Positions 26,720 through 41,809 of a stretch of DNA of 64,000 nt are shown piece after piece (position 1 is the stretch's first letter; every line of letters starts with the position of its first letter). Source of the stretch: Eledone cirrhosa (lineage: Eukaryota); NCBI GenBank assembly GCA_964016885.1, contig OZ024740.1:381300001-381364000 (forward strand), given 5' to 3'. Both the position numbers and the translations under genes were made by a program. The notes beneath the pieces are model-generated. The model made no database searches and had not been told where the DNA came from. It saw nothing but the letters and a program-made list of their open reading frames with translations.

Positions 26720-27065
26720 TCTAAAATAGGCACAAGAGCCGGATAATTGTTTTGAGGGAATAGTTGATTAAATTGACGTCCATAATTGACTGGTACTTTA
26801 TTTTATCAACTCTGGATGGATGAAATGTTTAGTCAACCTTAGACACAAGGCCCACAATTTGAAGGGGAGGGGGAACGTTGATTAAATTAACCCCAGTGCT
26901 TACTGGTACTTTATTTTATCGACCCCGTAAGATGAAAGGTAAAGTAAACCTTGGCTGGATTTGAACTCAGAATGCAAAGGGCAGTAACTCTATGCCACAA
27001 AGCATGTTGTCTGATACTCTACCGATACTGGCAATCAACCAATAATAATTGTTTCTACATTTAAT
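26720..27065 (-). mobile_element. Tandem SINE family 2 copies
   Basis: same central domain and B box on the minus strand. Confidence 0.75.
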
Positions 27066-27538
27066 AATTGTTTAAGAAGAAGAAAGGAGACCCATGATCT
27101 GGGTTGGTAGTTCTCTGCATCAAAAACCTTTACCATATTGTTCACGGGATGAACTGGGGTTTGGGGCCGGTTGCTCCCTGCCCCATTCCATCTCTTTTGT
27201 TGCTTGATTATTTTTATTTATCCCCCCCCCCCCCCCCCCTTTTTTTTTTTGTCTCCTGATTGTCATGTATAATTTGGAGTTGTATTGGGTAAAAAATTTA
27301 ATCTGAAATCATGTGCTGAAATTGAAATGCTTGCACTGCAGAAGAAGCTTGGTCTCTTGTGTCATATAGTTCTTTGTGTTATCAGTCTCTTTCAATTTTA
27401 ATAGGAGCGTGACGGTGGTGACATGGCAAAGTATCATAGATTATCTTGTATTTGTTCCAAATCTTGCCAAGGTCAACTGTCTTCCTTTATATCTTTATCT
27501 GTAAAGTACCAGACCAGTGTTGATATCTCTCTCACTCA

Positions 27539-27574
<36 letters not shown>

Positions 27575-28229
27575 TTCTATCTCTCTCTCTCTCTCTCTCT
27601 CTTTCTATCTCTCTCTCTCTCTTTCTATCTCTCTCTCTCTCTCTTTCTCTCTCTTTCTCTCAAAACAGCTGTTGTCTGACCTGGGATCTACCAGGTTTAA
27701 CATGCTCAAGGATGTCACCATGGTGTCTCTACAATTCCATCAGTTGTCTCTACAGTTTAGAGCTGAAGCAAGGAAGGATTAGATAGATAAATAAATGATG
27801 GAATAATAACAGCAGGAGTAGTTCTTTTTGTTTCTGTAAGGTATTAAAGATATCCTATAATGTATTCACCACCAACTGCCAGCTAGTTTCATGTGGAGAA
27901 TTTTATGTTTGAAATATGGAATATAATTACAAGATGGTTTGCCTGTAAAAATATGCAATTCCTGCTCATGCATACTTTTGAGTAAATACAATAAAGTTTG
28001 TTTTATTTTTTATAAACATTAATCATGGGTAATGTGTTTCCAAACATTTACATGAGAACTTATGTAATAAAGATAATCAGGTCACAAAATGGGTTATGCT
28101 TATATAATCTTAAAATTACATTCTAAATATAATTTGTTATTTTAATAAAATCTAATTTTTCTTTTGCATTGAAGGTTATGATGTTATTTGTATATTGTAA
28201 TTTTGAAAGCTGAGTAGACTTCTATTATT

Positions 28230-29165
28230 TAGTGGAATAGCAGTATCGGTAAAGCACCGGACAATATGCTTAGTGGCATAGTTATGGCCCTTTATGTTCT
28301 AATTTCAAATCACTCTGAGGTTAGCTTTGCCTTTCATCCTTATGTGGTCGATAAAATGAAGTACCAGTAATGCACTGGGGTCAATTTAATCAACTTTCCC
28401 CTCCCACAAAATTGCTGGCCTTGTACCTAAATCAGAAAGCATTATTAAAAAAATGGGACACCTTGGCATGGCAAAAATTAGCAAGAAAGTACTCGATCAT
28501 TGGAGAGAACAAATAGAATGGTACTGTAGGCTGCAGGTAGCAAGCCCACATACCCATGCAAAGATCCAGGAGTTCCAACAAAACCTCAGATAAAAGAATA
28601 AATAATAATTGTTTCTACTTTTGGCACAAGGCCAGCAATTACCCAGTGCCTTACTGGTACTTTATTTTATCGACCCTGTAAGGATGAAAGGCAAAGTTAA
28701 CCTCGGCGGGATTTGAACTCAGAATGGAAAGGGACATAACTCTGTGCTTCAAAGCATGGCGTCCGACCCTCTACTGATACTGCCAGATAATAATAATAGC
28801 TTCTGATTTAGTTACAAGGTTAACAATATGGGGAGGGGAAAGTCAATTAAATCAACCCTAGTGTGTTGCAGGTACTTTATTTTATTGACACCATAAGCAT
28901 AAAATGCAAAGCTAACCTCAGCGGGATTTGAACTCAGTATGTAAAGGGACATAACTCTATGCCACAAACCATGTTGTCTGACGCACTACCAATACTGTCA
29001 ATCCAGTACTCTTAATTGTTCCTGATTTAGGCACAAGGCCAACAATTTTTTGGGGAGGGGAAAGTTGATTAAATTGACCTCAATGCATCACTGGTGCTTT
29101 ATTTTATCGACCCCATAAGGAAGACAGGCTAAGCTAACTTTGGTGGGATTTGAACACAAAACATC
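28230..29165. mobile_element. Cluster of SINE family 2 copies (one + at about 28230-28447, three tandem - at about 28605-29165)
   Basis: repeated ggtactttattttatcgaccc...aggcaaagttaacctcggcgggatttgaactcag. Confidence 0.8.
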
Positions 29166-30798
29166 AAGTTACAGCCCTGTATCATATAAGTGAACAAGTT
29201 AATACAGAATTAGGAATTGAGTTAAGTATTTGAAATAAATAGAATTTTAAAACATTTTATTCCCTATAACTGTAAAATGTTAATAAATTGCTGACATAGT
29301 TTTTCACTTGAACCTTTCTCATATAAATATTGAAAACATCACTTTTCATATTTTCATCTTTTATTATTGCTCTCAGGATATAAATTTGGGTAAGTTTTTG
29401 TTTTGATTTGGAATACAGTTTATTTTATTTGTCAAACAAAAAGGTGCATTGTATTGGTGTTTTGTTTAGTTCAATTTTACAGTATTTTTCATTGATGGCA
29501 GTTATGTTGAATTGTGTAGAAATAACCACCAATGCTTCCATTGTATTTGTGTGTATGTTTATGTAATATTTAAGTTATGAAATGTTTGCTGGAAACTTCC
29601 ATCTATTTGTAAATTGATACCATGGAGAGACACCTGTTGAGCAGCTAGAGTGTGCTGCCTAGGGCAGTCATTTAGTTTTCGGCCCCCTCTCATAAAAAAC
29701 ACAGTTCCCTGCTGCAACCAGCAGTTGCATTGTATAGTTAAGTCCTTACATTTCTGTGCTGTACTCAAATTCTCACATGATCAAAGGAGGATGAGAGATG
29801 AATACCTCAGAGTAGTGTTCCATCTAGAGGAAATCTTGTAAATGCAAGGGCTGGTTGGTATTCTCTCAATAGTGTTCATAAGTAGTGGTAAAAGTCAAGT
29901 GTTTCAATTTTCTATTAAAGAAAACTATTTTAAAAGTATCTCCCAAACCCAGAGGCTCATCAGGTAGGAGTTTATCCTGGTTTCATTGGCATTGTGTTAC
30001 TGAGAGTATAAGACCCCTCACCCCCACCATAAAGATCCATTACAGGATTAACTTCCAGTTGTTGCTGGTACTCTACTCATTCTTTCCCATTTGAATCATG
30101 TAAAATGCTGTGGCTTGCCAGCTCTCTTAATTAAACCTAACCTTACAGCTGTAGGCTCAACATTCTAAACACCTCCTGTGTCTTTACAGCAAGAAAATGG
30201 TAATAGTTTTCAACGAAACAATAAATGTTCTTCTTTTTGTGTGGTTATTGCATAAATACATGGCCATAGCTTTTTTGTAATAGTTTAATCATCTTTTTGC
30301 CATGTTCAATAGAATAAGAAATTTGGGTCACTGCATGACCATAATGATGACATTTTCTTGTAAAACTCGAAAGCTGGAAACTAGAATGTTTCCCTAGTAC
30401 AAACCTAGGAAAAGATTTACAGTAGTGTTTCATCTACTCTTATAGTAGATATCTCCTTCTACAAAACTAATATAGTCTGAGGTAGGGTCAAAGACTGATA
30501 CATTGTGACCCTAGGGACTTAATAGGAGTTAGGAGGATAGCATTCTTGACAAATTTGAACCCTGATTTTAAATTTCTCTTTTTGCCTTTCCAACTACTAG
30601 AATGACTAGTGTGGTTATTATGAACTAAGAAACTTTAATTGAATCTTGCATTCTCTACCTTTCAGCCACTCATGAACACATATTCTCAGCTATATCATTA
30701 AAATACGAGCCTATGATATAATTTTAAGTATTATAATCTTTTATGAATTTAAATATTATATTCATTTCATTACTTCTTTTTCTCTCTTATGATTTCAG

Positions 30799-30987
30799 AG
30801 TGTAACTGCAATGGGAAATCTCGTGAATGCGTTTTCAACCAAACATTGTATGATCAGACTGGTCATGGTGGCTATTGTATCAATTGTGTGGACAATACTG
30901 ATGGACCTGCCTGTGATCAGTGCAAGGTGAACCACTTTTTGAAGCAGCCAGAACATATGTGCATGCCTTGCAATTGTAATCCAACTG
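30799..30987 (+). CDS. LAMC1: Laminin gamma-1-like exon (LE2): (Q)CNCNGKSRECVFNQTLYDQTGHGGYCINCVDNTDGPACDQCKVNHFLKQPEHMCMPCNCNPT
   Basis: tttcag/gtaagt; LE cysteine spacing with the LY..TGHGG.C motif typical of gamma-1; phase matches previous exon. Confidence 0.95.
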
Positions 30988-33918
30988 GTAAGTATTAAGT
31001 GCTATAATTGCTTTGTCTTTCACTTGACATTTATTCATATTATATATTTAGTGATATTTATTTTATAATATATTGATCCGCCTTATTACCTGATGGATTT
31101 TAGTTACATAACCCACCCTCATGCTCACAAATATATTGTCTTCTCTCTTTGCCTTTTCTTTGATATTATAATGGCCCTTGCTCCTTGGGTGGCTGGTCAT
31201 ATGCCACCTCCTCTAAGATTCTTCTAGGTTATTTGTATCTACTCTTCTTTTTATCACCTATGCTCTATTAAACCCCGAGGCCATGCATTAAACACTATGG
31301 CAATTTGATTCTGTCAAGAATACCAACCCACTGGAACTCCCTCTTTAATTATGTTATTCCTAAAGGCATCTACTTGCAATAGTTTAAGCATAACATGAAC
31401 AACATTAGTTTCACCAGTTTCTGAAGGACTCTGATGGTCATGCATACTGCCATTTACTCATGGACTAAAAAAAAGATAAAAGAAATAAAAAAAAATTTTA
31501 ATTCTAAAATGTTTCACAAAAACCTTTGTTGGATGCCACCCCTCTCTTTTACGAATATACTTAACAAGAAATAAACTAACCACTGCAATTTATCTCAACC
31601 ATTCTATTATATCCTATATCTTCTGCTACATAGACTGGTTTATTAAAAGTTAAATATCCAGGTCATAGACATATTGAAGTGCATTCAAATGTCAAATGGA
31701 AAACCAATATGGGTGGAAGTCAGGGATGCTATTGACTTTACTTAATTCCTTTTTCTTAAGGTGAAATAGATAGTATGTATCTATTTATGCCTTTTTAAAG
31801 TATATGTGCATGCAGTGCTCCCTCTCCTCCTCACACATTCAGATATGTGTACTGAAAATAGGGAATACATTTTTGATCAAGTTTTCTCCAATTTAATGAT
31901 GGTCTTGTAACACGGTTGTATTTAGCACTTTCTATTATTTTGTACCATGATATAAACAGAAACTGCATACATACACACAAGCATACACTTGTATGTCTGT
32001 GTTTGCTCTTTGCATTCAATATTACTAGTGTAGATGGCAACATTTATGTCTTTTTGCCCAGGAGTTAGACCTGCAAAGACCCATATATTACTTTTAAAAA
32101 GTGGGGATCGGGGTCAAGAAGAGTATCCAGCTATAAAAAGTTTCCTTAAAACAAAAAGACTCATTCAAACCATAATAGCATGGATAAACCATTGTTAAAA
32201 CAATGATGATGATGATGGTATATCTAATAACTATGTAAATTGTACAGGCAAAAATATAATGAAAGTTTACAAATTTAAATAAAAACAAAAATGTTCTTGA
32301 TTTTCATTTAACCTGTTCTCAAATAACTTTAAATAACTATAGGGTCCACTTATGTTATAAAGATATAGCTTTGCTTATGTTTAAAATAGTACTGTAAACA
32401 ATCTGATGGATTCCCTTATGTCAAACAAGAAAAGTATGACCCAGCCATATCTTATTTTGGTAAATATTAGTAAACAATTGGTTTAACATTAAAGGTGTAT
32501 ATTCAACATTTTAAAATATATATTAAATTAGCTCTTGCAACAGTTGTACATGGTCCTCTTAAGCAGTTGAGAGACCTCTGCTACTTTCCATGATGTTGGT
32601 AAACATTACATTTTCATATTATAGAGACCAATTAATATAGTTTAGATTGTAGCATAGGTAAATAAGTGCATTGCAACTTTAATTTTGTAGTTGTCAGTCA
32701 AGGTTAGAGTTAATTAAATCTAGTATAACTTACACACACATTTGTGATGTTGGGCCCAAAGGAATTTTTATTTAGCGTTTGACAAATTCAAAGTGGTTTT
32801 ACTGGTAGCACATTTCTTTGATAAACAAAAGACATGTGATATGATTGCTAATGTTGTATTTAAGACATTTTGTGGGGTGGTGGATATTTTATGGTAGATT
32901 AAACCTTTTGATACCAACCAATTTGAAACCACCCTGGTTTTATGATGCAAAACTGCTTTTTTTAACATGTCGATATTTTATATTAAAACCCATCGTGATT
33001 TTATTTTTTAAATATTTCAAACATCAGCTTACCAATGAAAAGTTGAGATATTTTACTAACTTCCTCCAAAATGTTGGTTATATTTCAAAATTAATTGAAT
33101 TACATTGGCAATATAATTCATTAGAAATATGGTAACAAAAGGATTAATCACCTTGTAGTGTTTACTTATATACTCTTTTACTTTCCAAGTTTAAAGTCAT
33201 TCCAAGAGTGAGGTGACGTTACCTTCCATTTTTGCAGGGCTGATAAAATAAGTCTAAGATCAGTACCTATGAACTTAACAAGACCTTCTTGGTGGATGGG
33301 ATTGATGCACCAGATGCTCAACTAGAATATCTGCTGAAGAAACATAAGGTTAATAAAAGGGAACAAGCTGTCTGATCTAAATACATGCAGTAGAATGAAC
33401 TCTGCTAAATGTAACCAGAGACCAGGTGGTCATGTAAAACTCTGTGGTGTTACACCTATGACCCAACCAGTATGAGTCAGGAGTAATCTGTCACCTAGTT
33501 TATCTTTTCCATCTGGCCTTAGAAAATCTTTATTGAAGTCCACTTTGCTGCAAGTTTTTAGGCTAGGTCTGTGGTCAGAGTATAACTTTCTCCTTTCTTT
33601 CTAGCAGCCTCTTCTGACAAAGCCATAAAAAAGGACCAGGTGGTGGTGTTAAATTAGGTGTTGTATCAGTCATACCTTCCAACTAGTATGGACTGGGTCA
33701 TAAGTCAGTTAGCAAGGATCTGGTGAGATGTGTTAGGTCTGCCAGTCAACTAGTTCCATCCAACAGGTTGTAAGTCAACTAGCAAGGTGGTGTGGTAAGT
33801 CTACCATCCAACCAGTACCAACCAGATTGTAAAGTCTTTTAAAATATTGTAACCAAACTAGTGAAATATATTGTCTTTAATCAGAAAAAATAAAACTATT
33901 TTATATTTAATTTCATAG

Positions 33919-34036
33919 GTTCTGTTGATCTTCAGTGTAATTCTGAAGGAAAATGTCGGTGTAAATCTGGAGTGGCTGGAGAACAATGTGATCGGTGTCA
34001 GGAAAACTACTATGACTTCTCAAACTATGGTTGCAG
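33919..34036 (+). CDS. LAMC1: Laminin gamma-1-like exon (LE3): [40 protein letters not shown]
   Basis: tttcatag/gtaatt; LE motif; phase 1 in, phase 2 out. Confidence 0.94.
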
Positions 34037-34109
34037 GTAATTTACTCATATTCCTTTCTGTGGTATGGTGATATCAATCTAACAATCTGTCTGTTTTCTC
34101 TAATAACAT

Positions 34110-34480
34110 AATAATAATAATGAAATTATTGTGTAAAGTGCTCAGGTGCACTACAACTCGTCAAAGGTGCATGTATAGAACATAGAATAATGTACAAATG
34201 GCAGGGAAGTGAATAGTATGTCATGATATACATGTGTGTATGGAGGGGGAATATTAGGTGTAGTGCTGGCGAAACTCAGGAAGCATGGAGGTTTCAAAGG
34301 ATGCAGTGTTTCGACAGCTAATAACTGATGCAGGTAGTTTGTTCCATGCTTCAGCAACTCCGAGCATGAAAAAATGTTTCCGAAAGTCATGGGAACTGGG
34401 CTGTTTTCTGACTTTGTGGGCATGCCCACGTGTGTTAGTCACATGAAAAGCAAAATTAACTCAGGATGTTGTCTGTCTAT
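34110..34480 (-). mobile_element. CR1-type LINE 3' fragment
   Basis: TRGH..K...RKHFF...V...WNKLP..V......SF C-terminal ORF2 motif; (TTA)n tail at about 34110-34121. Confidence 0.8.
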
Positions 34481-34569
34481 CTAGACTAGTGATGTCTGTC
34501 TGCTTGTTTGTCTGGTATGGCGATATTTGTCTGACTGGTCAAGTGATATCCCTCTGTCTGTTTATATGT

Positions 34570-37500
34570 CCTAGTGATGTCCATTTATTAGTATGTGATT
34601 TAGTGATATCACCTGTCTGTATGTGATCTAGTGATATCACCTGTCTATATGTGATTTAGTGATATCACCTGTCTGTATGTGATCTAGTGATGTCACCTCT
34701 CTGTATGTGATTTAGTGATATCACCTGTCTGTATGTGATTTAGTGATATCGCCTGACTGTACGTGATCTAGTGATGTCCACCTGTCGTTATGTGATTTAG
34801 TGATATCACCTGTCTGTAGGTGATCAAGTGATACCACCTGTCTGTAGGTGATCAAGTGATACCACCTGTCTGTATGTGATCAAGTGATATCACCTGTCTG
34901 TATGTGATCTAGTGATGCCCACCTGCCGTTATGTGATTTAGTGATATCACCTGTCTGTATGTGGTCCAGTGATGTCACCTGTCTGTAGGTGATCAAGTGA
35001 TATCACCTGTCTGTATGTGATTTAGTGATATCACCTGTCTGTAGGTGATCAAGTGATATCACCTGTCTGTATGTGATCTAGTGATGCCCACCTGCCGTTA
35101 CGTGATTTAGTGATATCACCTGTCTGTATGTGATCTAGTGATGTCACTTAACTGTATGTGATCTAGTGATGTCACCTGTCTATATGTGGTCTAGTGATGT
35201 CACTTGCCTATATGTGGTCTAGTGATGTCACCTGTCTGTATGTGATCTAGTGATGTCACCTGTCTATATGTGATCTAGTGATGTCACCTGTCTATATGTG
35301 ATCTAGTGATGTCACCTGTCTATATGTGATCTAGTGATGTCACCTGTCTATATGTGGTCTAGTGATGTCACTTGTCTATATGTGGTCTAGTAATGTCACT
35401 TAACTGTATGTGATCTAGTGATGTCACCTGTCTATATGTGGTCTAGGGATGTCACTTGTCTATATGTGGTCTAGGGATGTCACTTGTCTATATGTGGTCT
35501 AGTGATGTCACTTGTCTATATGTGGTCTAGTGATGTCACTTAACTGTATGTGATCTAGTGATGTCACCTGTCTATATGTGGTCTAGTGATGTCACTTGTC
35601 TATATGTGGTCTAGTGATGTCACCTGTCTGTATGTAGTCTATTGATGTCACCTGTCTGTATGTAGTCTATTGATGTCACCTGTCTGTATGTGGTCTAGTG
35701 ATGTCACTTGTCTATATGTGATCTAGTGATGTCACTTGTCTATATGTGGTCTAGTGATGTGACCTAACTGTATGTGGTCTAGTGATGTCACCTGGCTATA
35801 TGTGATCTAGTGATGTCACTTGTCTATATGTGGTCTAGTGATGTCACCTGTCTGTCCTAGTGATGTCACCTGTCTATATGTGATCTAGTGATGTCACCTG
35901 TCTATATGTGATCTAGTGATGTCATCTGTCTGTATGTGATCTAGTGATGTCATCTGTTTGTATGTGATCTAGTGATGTCATCTGTCTGTCAGTGATGTCA
36001 CCTGTCTGTATGTGATCTAGTGATGTCACTTGTCTATATGTGGTCTAGTGATGTCACCAAACTGTATGTGATCTAGTGATGTAACCTGTCTGTATGTGAT
36101 CTAGTGATGTCACCTCTCTGTATGTGATCTAGTGATGTCACCTCTCTATATGTGGTCTAGTGATGTCACTTGTCTATATGTGGTCTAGTGATGTCACTTA
36201 ACTGTATGTGATCTAGTGATGTCACCTGTCTATATGTGGTCTAGTGATGTCACTTGTCTATATATGGTCTAGTGATGTAACCTGTCTGTATGTGGTCTAG
36301 TGATGTCACCTGTCTGTATGTGGTCTAGTGATGTCACCTGTCTGTATGTGGTCTAGTGATGTCACCTGTCTGTATGTGATCTAGTGATGTCACCTCTCTG
36401 TATGTGGTCTAGTGATGTCACCTGTCTGTATGTGATCTAGTGATGTCACCTGTCTGTATGTGGTCTAGTGATGTCACCTGTCTGTATGTGGTCTAGTGAT
36501 GTCAGCTGTCTGTCCTAGTGATGTCACCTGTCTATATGTGGTCTAGTGATGTCACCTGTCTGCATGTGGTCTAGTGATGTCACCTAACTGTATGTGATCT
36601 AGTGATGTCACCTGTCTATATGTGGTCTAGTGATGTCACCTGTCTGCATGTGGTCTAGGGATGTCACCTAACTGTATGTGATCTAGTGATGTCACTTGTC
36701 TATATGTGGTCTAGTGATGTCCCCTGTCTGTCCTAGTGATGTCACCTGTCTATATGTGATCTAGTGATGTCACCTGTCTGTATGTGGTCTAGTGATGTCA
36801 CTTGTCTATATATGGTCTAGTGATGTCACCTGTCTGTATGTGGTCTAGTGATGTCACCTGTCTATATGTGATCTAGTGATGTCACCTGTCTGCATGTGGT
36901 CTAGTGATGTCACCTAACTGTATGTGATCTAGTGATGTCACTTGTCTATATGTGGTCTAGTGATGTCACCTAACTGTATGTGATCTAGTGATGTCACTTG
37001 TCTATATGTGGTCTAGTGATGTCACCTGTCTGCATGTGGTCTAGTGATGTCACCTAACTGTATGTGATCTAGTGATGTCACTTGTCTATATGTGGTCTAG
37101 TGATGTCACCTGTCTGCATGTGGTCTAGTGATGTCACCTAACTGTATGTGATCTAGTGATGTCCACCTGACTGTATGTGGTCAAGTGATGTCCACCTGTC
37201 TGTCCTAGTGATGTCGCCTATCTGTATGTGGTCTAGTGATGTCAGCTGTCTGTCCTAGTGATGTCACCTGTCTATATGTGATCTAGTGATGTCACTTGTC
37301 TATATGTGGTCTAGTGATGTCACCTGTCTGTATGTGGTCTAGTGATGTCACTTAACTGTATGTGATCTAGTGATGTCACCTGTCTATATGTGGTCTAGTG
37401 ATGTCACTTGTCTATATGTGGTCTAGTGATGTCACCTGTCTGTATGTGGTCTATTGATGTCACCTGTCTGTATGTGGTCTAGTGATGTCACTTGTCTATA

Positions 37501-40500
37501 TGTGATCTAGTGATGTCACTTGTCTATATGTGGTCTAGTGATGTGACCTAACTGTATGTGGTCTAGTGATGTCACCTGGCTATATGTGATCTAGTGATGT
37601 CACTTGTCTATATGTGGTCTAGTGATGTCACCTGTCTATATGTGATCTAGTGATGTCACCTGTCTATATGTGATCTAGTGATGTCATCTGTCTGTATGTG
37701 ATCTAGTGATGTCATCTGTCTGTCAGTGATGTCACCTGTCTGTATGTGATCTAGTGATGTCACTTGTCTATATGTGGTCTAGTGATGTCACCAAACTGTA
37801 TGTGATCTAGTGATGTCACGTGTCTATATGTGATCTAGTGATGTCACCTGTCTACATGTGGTCTAGTGATGTCACCTGTCTGTATGTGGTCTAGTGATGT
37901 CACCTGTCTGTGTGTGGTCTAGTGATGTCACTTGTCTATATGTGGTCTAGTGATGTCACCTGTCTGTATGTGGTCTAGTGATGTCACCTGTCTATATGTG
38001 ATCTAGTGATGTCACTTGTCTATATGTCTAGTGATGTCACCTGTCTATATGTGATCTAGTGATGTCACCTGTCTGTATGTGGTCTAGTGATGTCACCTGT
38101 CTGTCAGTGATGTGACCTGTCTGTATGTGATTTTGTGATGTCATCTGTCTGTATGTGATCTAGTGGTGTCACCTGTCTGTATGTGATCTAGTGATGTCAC
38201 CTGTCTGTATGTGATCTAGTGATGTCACCTAACAGTATGTGGTCTAGTGATGTCACCTGTCTGTATGTGATCTAGTGATGTCACCTGTCTGTATGTGGTC
38301 TAGTGATGTCACCTGTCTGTATGTGATCTAGTGATGTCACCTGTCTGTATGTGATCTAGTGATGTCACCTAACTGTATGTGGTCTAGTGATGTCACTTGT
38401 CTATATGTGGTCTAGTGATGTCACCTGTCTGTATGTGGTCTAGTGATGTCACTTGTCTATATGTGGGCTAGTGATGTCACCTGTCGGTATGTGCTCTAGT
38501 GATGTCACTTGTCTATATATGGTCTAGTGATGTCACCTGTCTGTATGTGGTCTAGTGATGTCACCTGTCTGTATGTGGTCTAGTGATGTCACCTGTCTGT
38601 ATGTGGTCTAGTGATGTCACCTAACTGTATGTGGACTAGTGATGTCACCTAACTGTATGTGGTCTAGTGATGTCACCTAACTGTATGTGATCTAGTGATG
38701 TCACCTGTCTGTATGTGGTCTAGTGATGTCACCTGTCTGTATGTGGTCTAGTGATGTCACCTGACTGTATGTGGTCTAGTGATGTCACCTGTCTGTATGT
38801 GGTCTAGTGATGTAACCTGTCTGTATGTGGTCTAGTGATGTCACCTGTCTGTATGTGGTCTAGTGATGTCACCTGACTGTCCTAGTGATGTCACCTATCT
38901 GTATGTGGTCTAGTGATGTCAGCTGTCTGCATGTGGTCTAGTGATGTCACCTGTCTATATGTGATCTAGTGATGTCACTTGTCTGTATGTGGTCTAGTGA
39001 TGTCACCTGTCTGTCCTAGTGATGTCACCTGTCTATATGTGGTCTAGTGATGTCACTTGTCTGTATGTGGTCTAGTGATGTAACCTGTCTGTATGTGGTC
39101 TAGTGATGTCACCTGTCTGTATGTGGTCTAGTGATGTCACCTGACTGTATGTGGTCTAGTGATGTCACCTGTCTGTATGTGGTCTAGTGATGTAACCTGT
39201 CTGTATGTGGTCTAGTGATGTCACCTGTCTGTATGTGGTCTAGTGATGTCACCTGTCTGTATGTGGTCTAGTGATGTCACCTGTCTGTATGTGGTCTAGT
39301 GATGTCACCTGTCTATATGTGGTCTAGTGATGTCACCTGTCTGTATGTGGTCTAGTGATATCACCTGTCTGTATCTGGTCTAGTGATGTCAGCTGTCTGT
39401 CCTAGTGATGTCACCTGTCTATATGTGGTCTAGTGATGTCACCTGTCTGCATGTGGTCTAGTGATGTCACCTAACTGTATGTGATCTAGTGATGTCACTT
39501 GTCTATATGTGGTCTAGTGATGTCACCTGTCTGTCCTAGTGATGTCACCTGTCTATATGTGATCTAGTGATGTCACCTGTCTGTATGTGGTCTAGTGATG
39601 TCACCTGTCTGTATGTGGTCTAGTGATGTAACCTGTCTGTATGTGGTCTAGTGATGTCACCTGTCTGTATGTGGTCTAGTGATGTCACCTGTCTGTATGT
39701 GGTCTAGTGATGTCACCTGTCTGTATGTGGTCTAGTGATGTAACCTGTCTGTATGTGGTCTAGTGATGTAACCTGTCTGTATGTGGTCTAGTGATGTCAC
39801 CTGTCTGTATGTGGTCTAGTGATGTAACCTGTCTGTATGTGATCTAGTGATGTCACCTGTCTGTATGTGGTCTAGTGATGTCACCTGTCTATATGTGATC
39901 TAGTGATGTCACCTGTCTGTATGTGGTCTAGTGATGTCACCTGTCTGCATGTGGTCTAGTGATGTTACCTAACTGTATGTGATCTAGTGATGTCACTTGT
40001 CTGCATGTGGTCTAGTGATGTCACCTAACTGTATGTGATCTAGTGATGTCACCTGTCTGCATGTGGTCTAGTGATGTCACCTGTCTGCATGTGATCTAGT
40101 GATGTCCACCTGCCTGTATGTGATCTAGTGATGTCCACCTGACTGTATGTGGTCTAGTGATATCCACCTGTCTGTCCTAGTGATGTCACCTATCTGTATG
40201 TGGTCTAGTGATGTCAGCTGTCTGTCCTAGTGATGTCACCTGTCTATATGTGATCTAGTGATGTCACCTGTCTGTATGTGGTCTAGTGATGTTACCTGAC
40301 TGTATGTGGTCTAGTGATGTCACCTGTCTGTCCTAGTGATGTCACCTGTCTATATGTGATCTAGTGATGTCACCTGTCTGTATGTGGTCTAGTGATGTCA
40401 CCTGTCTGTATGTGGTCTAGTGATGTCACCTGTCTGTATGTGGTCTAGTGATGTCACCTGTCTGTCCTAGTGATGTCACCTGTCTATATGTGGTCTAGTG

Positions 40501-41380
40501 ATATCACCTGTCTGTATGTGGTCTAGTGATATCACCTGTCTGTATGTGGTCTAGTGATGTCACCTGTCTGCATGTGGTCTAGTGATGTCACCTGTCTGTA
40601 TGTGGTCTAGTGATGTCACCTAACTGTATGTGATCTAGTGATGTCACCTGTCTGTATGTGGTCTAGTGATGTCACCTAACTGTATGTGATCTAGTGATGT
40701 CACCTGTCTGTATGTGGTCTAGTGATGTCACCTAACTGTATGTGATCTAGTGATGTCACCTGTCTGTCCTAGTGATGTCACCTGTCTATATGTGGTCTAG
40801 TGATATCACCTGTCTGTATGTGGTCTAGTGATGTCACCTGTCTGTATGTGGTCTAGTGATGTCACCTGTCTGCATGTGGTCTTGTCATGTCACCTAACTG
40901 TATGTGATCTAGTGATGTCACTTGTCTATATGTGGTCTAGTGATGTCACCTGCCTGTATGTGATCTAGTGATGTCCACCTGACTGTATGTGGTCTAGTGA
41001 TGTCACCTATCTGTATGTGATCTAGTGATGTCACCTGTCTGTCAGTGATATCACCTGTCTGTATGTGATCTAGTGATGTCACCTGTCTATATATGATCTA
41101 GTGATGTCACCTGTCTGTATGTGATCTACTGATGTCACTTGTCTATATGTGGTCTAGTGATGTCCACCTGTCTGTCCTACTGATGTCACCTGTCTGTATA
41201 TGGTCTAGTAATGTCCCCTGTCTATATGTGGTCTAGTGATGTCCACTTGTCTGTCCTAGTGATGTCACCTGTCTGTATGTGATCTATGATGTCAACTGTA
41301 TTTATGTGTTCTAAGTGATGTCACCTGTCTGTATGTGGTCTAGTGATGACACCTGACTGTATGTGGTCTACTGATGTACA
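34570..41380. repeat. 28-bp satellite, about 6.8 kb (consensus CTAGTGATGTCACCTGTCTGTATGTGGT), roughly 240-250 units, degenerate fringes to about 34480 and 41600
   Basis: direct reading; variants include a 22-bp short unit (...CTGTC), CCTAACTG, CTTGTCTATA and GATATCAC. Confidence 0.98.
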
Positions 41381-41809
41381 ACTCTCTCTTCATATGTATC
41401 TGGTCCAATGATAGCCTTCTGTCTGCCTGGTTTGGTGTTGTTCTGTATGTCTGCTTTCTGTCAGGTGACAAAGACATCTCTGCTCACCTGTTTAGTGACA
41501 TCCATATGTCTATCTACCTGATCTGGTAGTATCCCACTTTCTCTGTCTGCCTGGTCTAGTGACATATATATGTCCACTGCCTTTAGTTCAGAGATGTCTA
41601 TATGTCTTCAATGTTATGTGCTTAGTGTCACATAGCAATTTTTGATTGTTGTTTTCCTGTGGTCTTGTTTTGCCTCTGAGGAAGAATATTCTAATTGGCT
41701 TCATCACGATCATGTGATAAAATACAATAGTGGATGATATATATAACTATGATATATATAACTATGACTACATGTATGTGATATCAGCATAAACATATTA
41801 CGATCTGAA

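Noticed and set aside
34570-41380. CRISPR-like 28-bp repeats
   Set aside because: Units are contiguous with no unique spacers, eukaryotic intron, no cas genes
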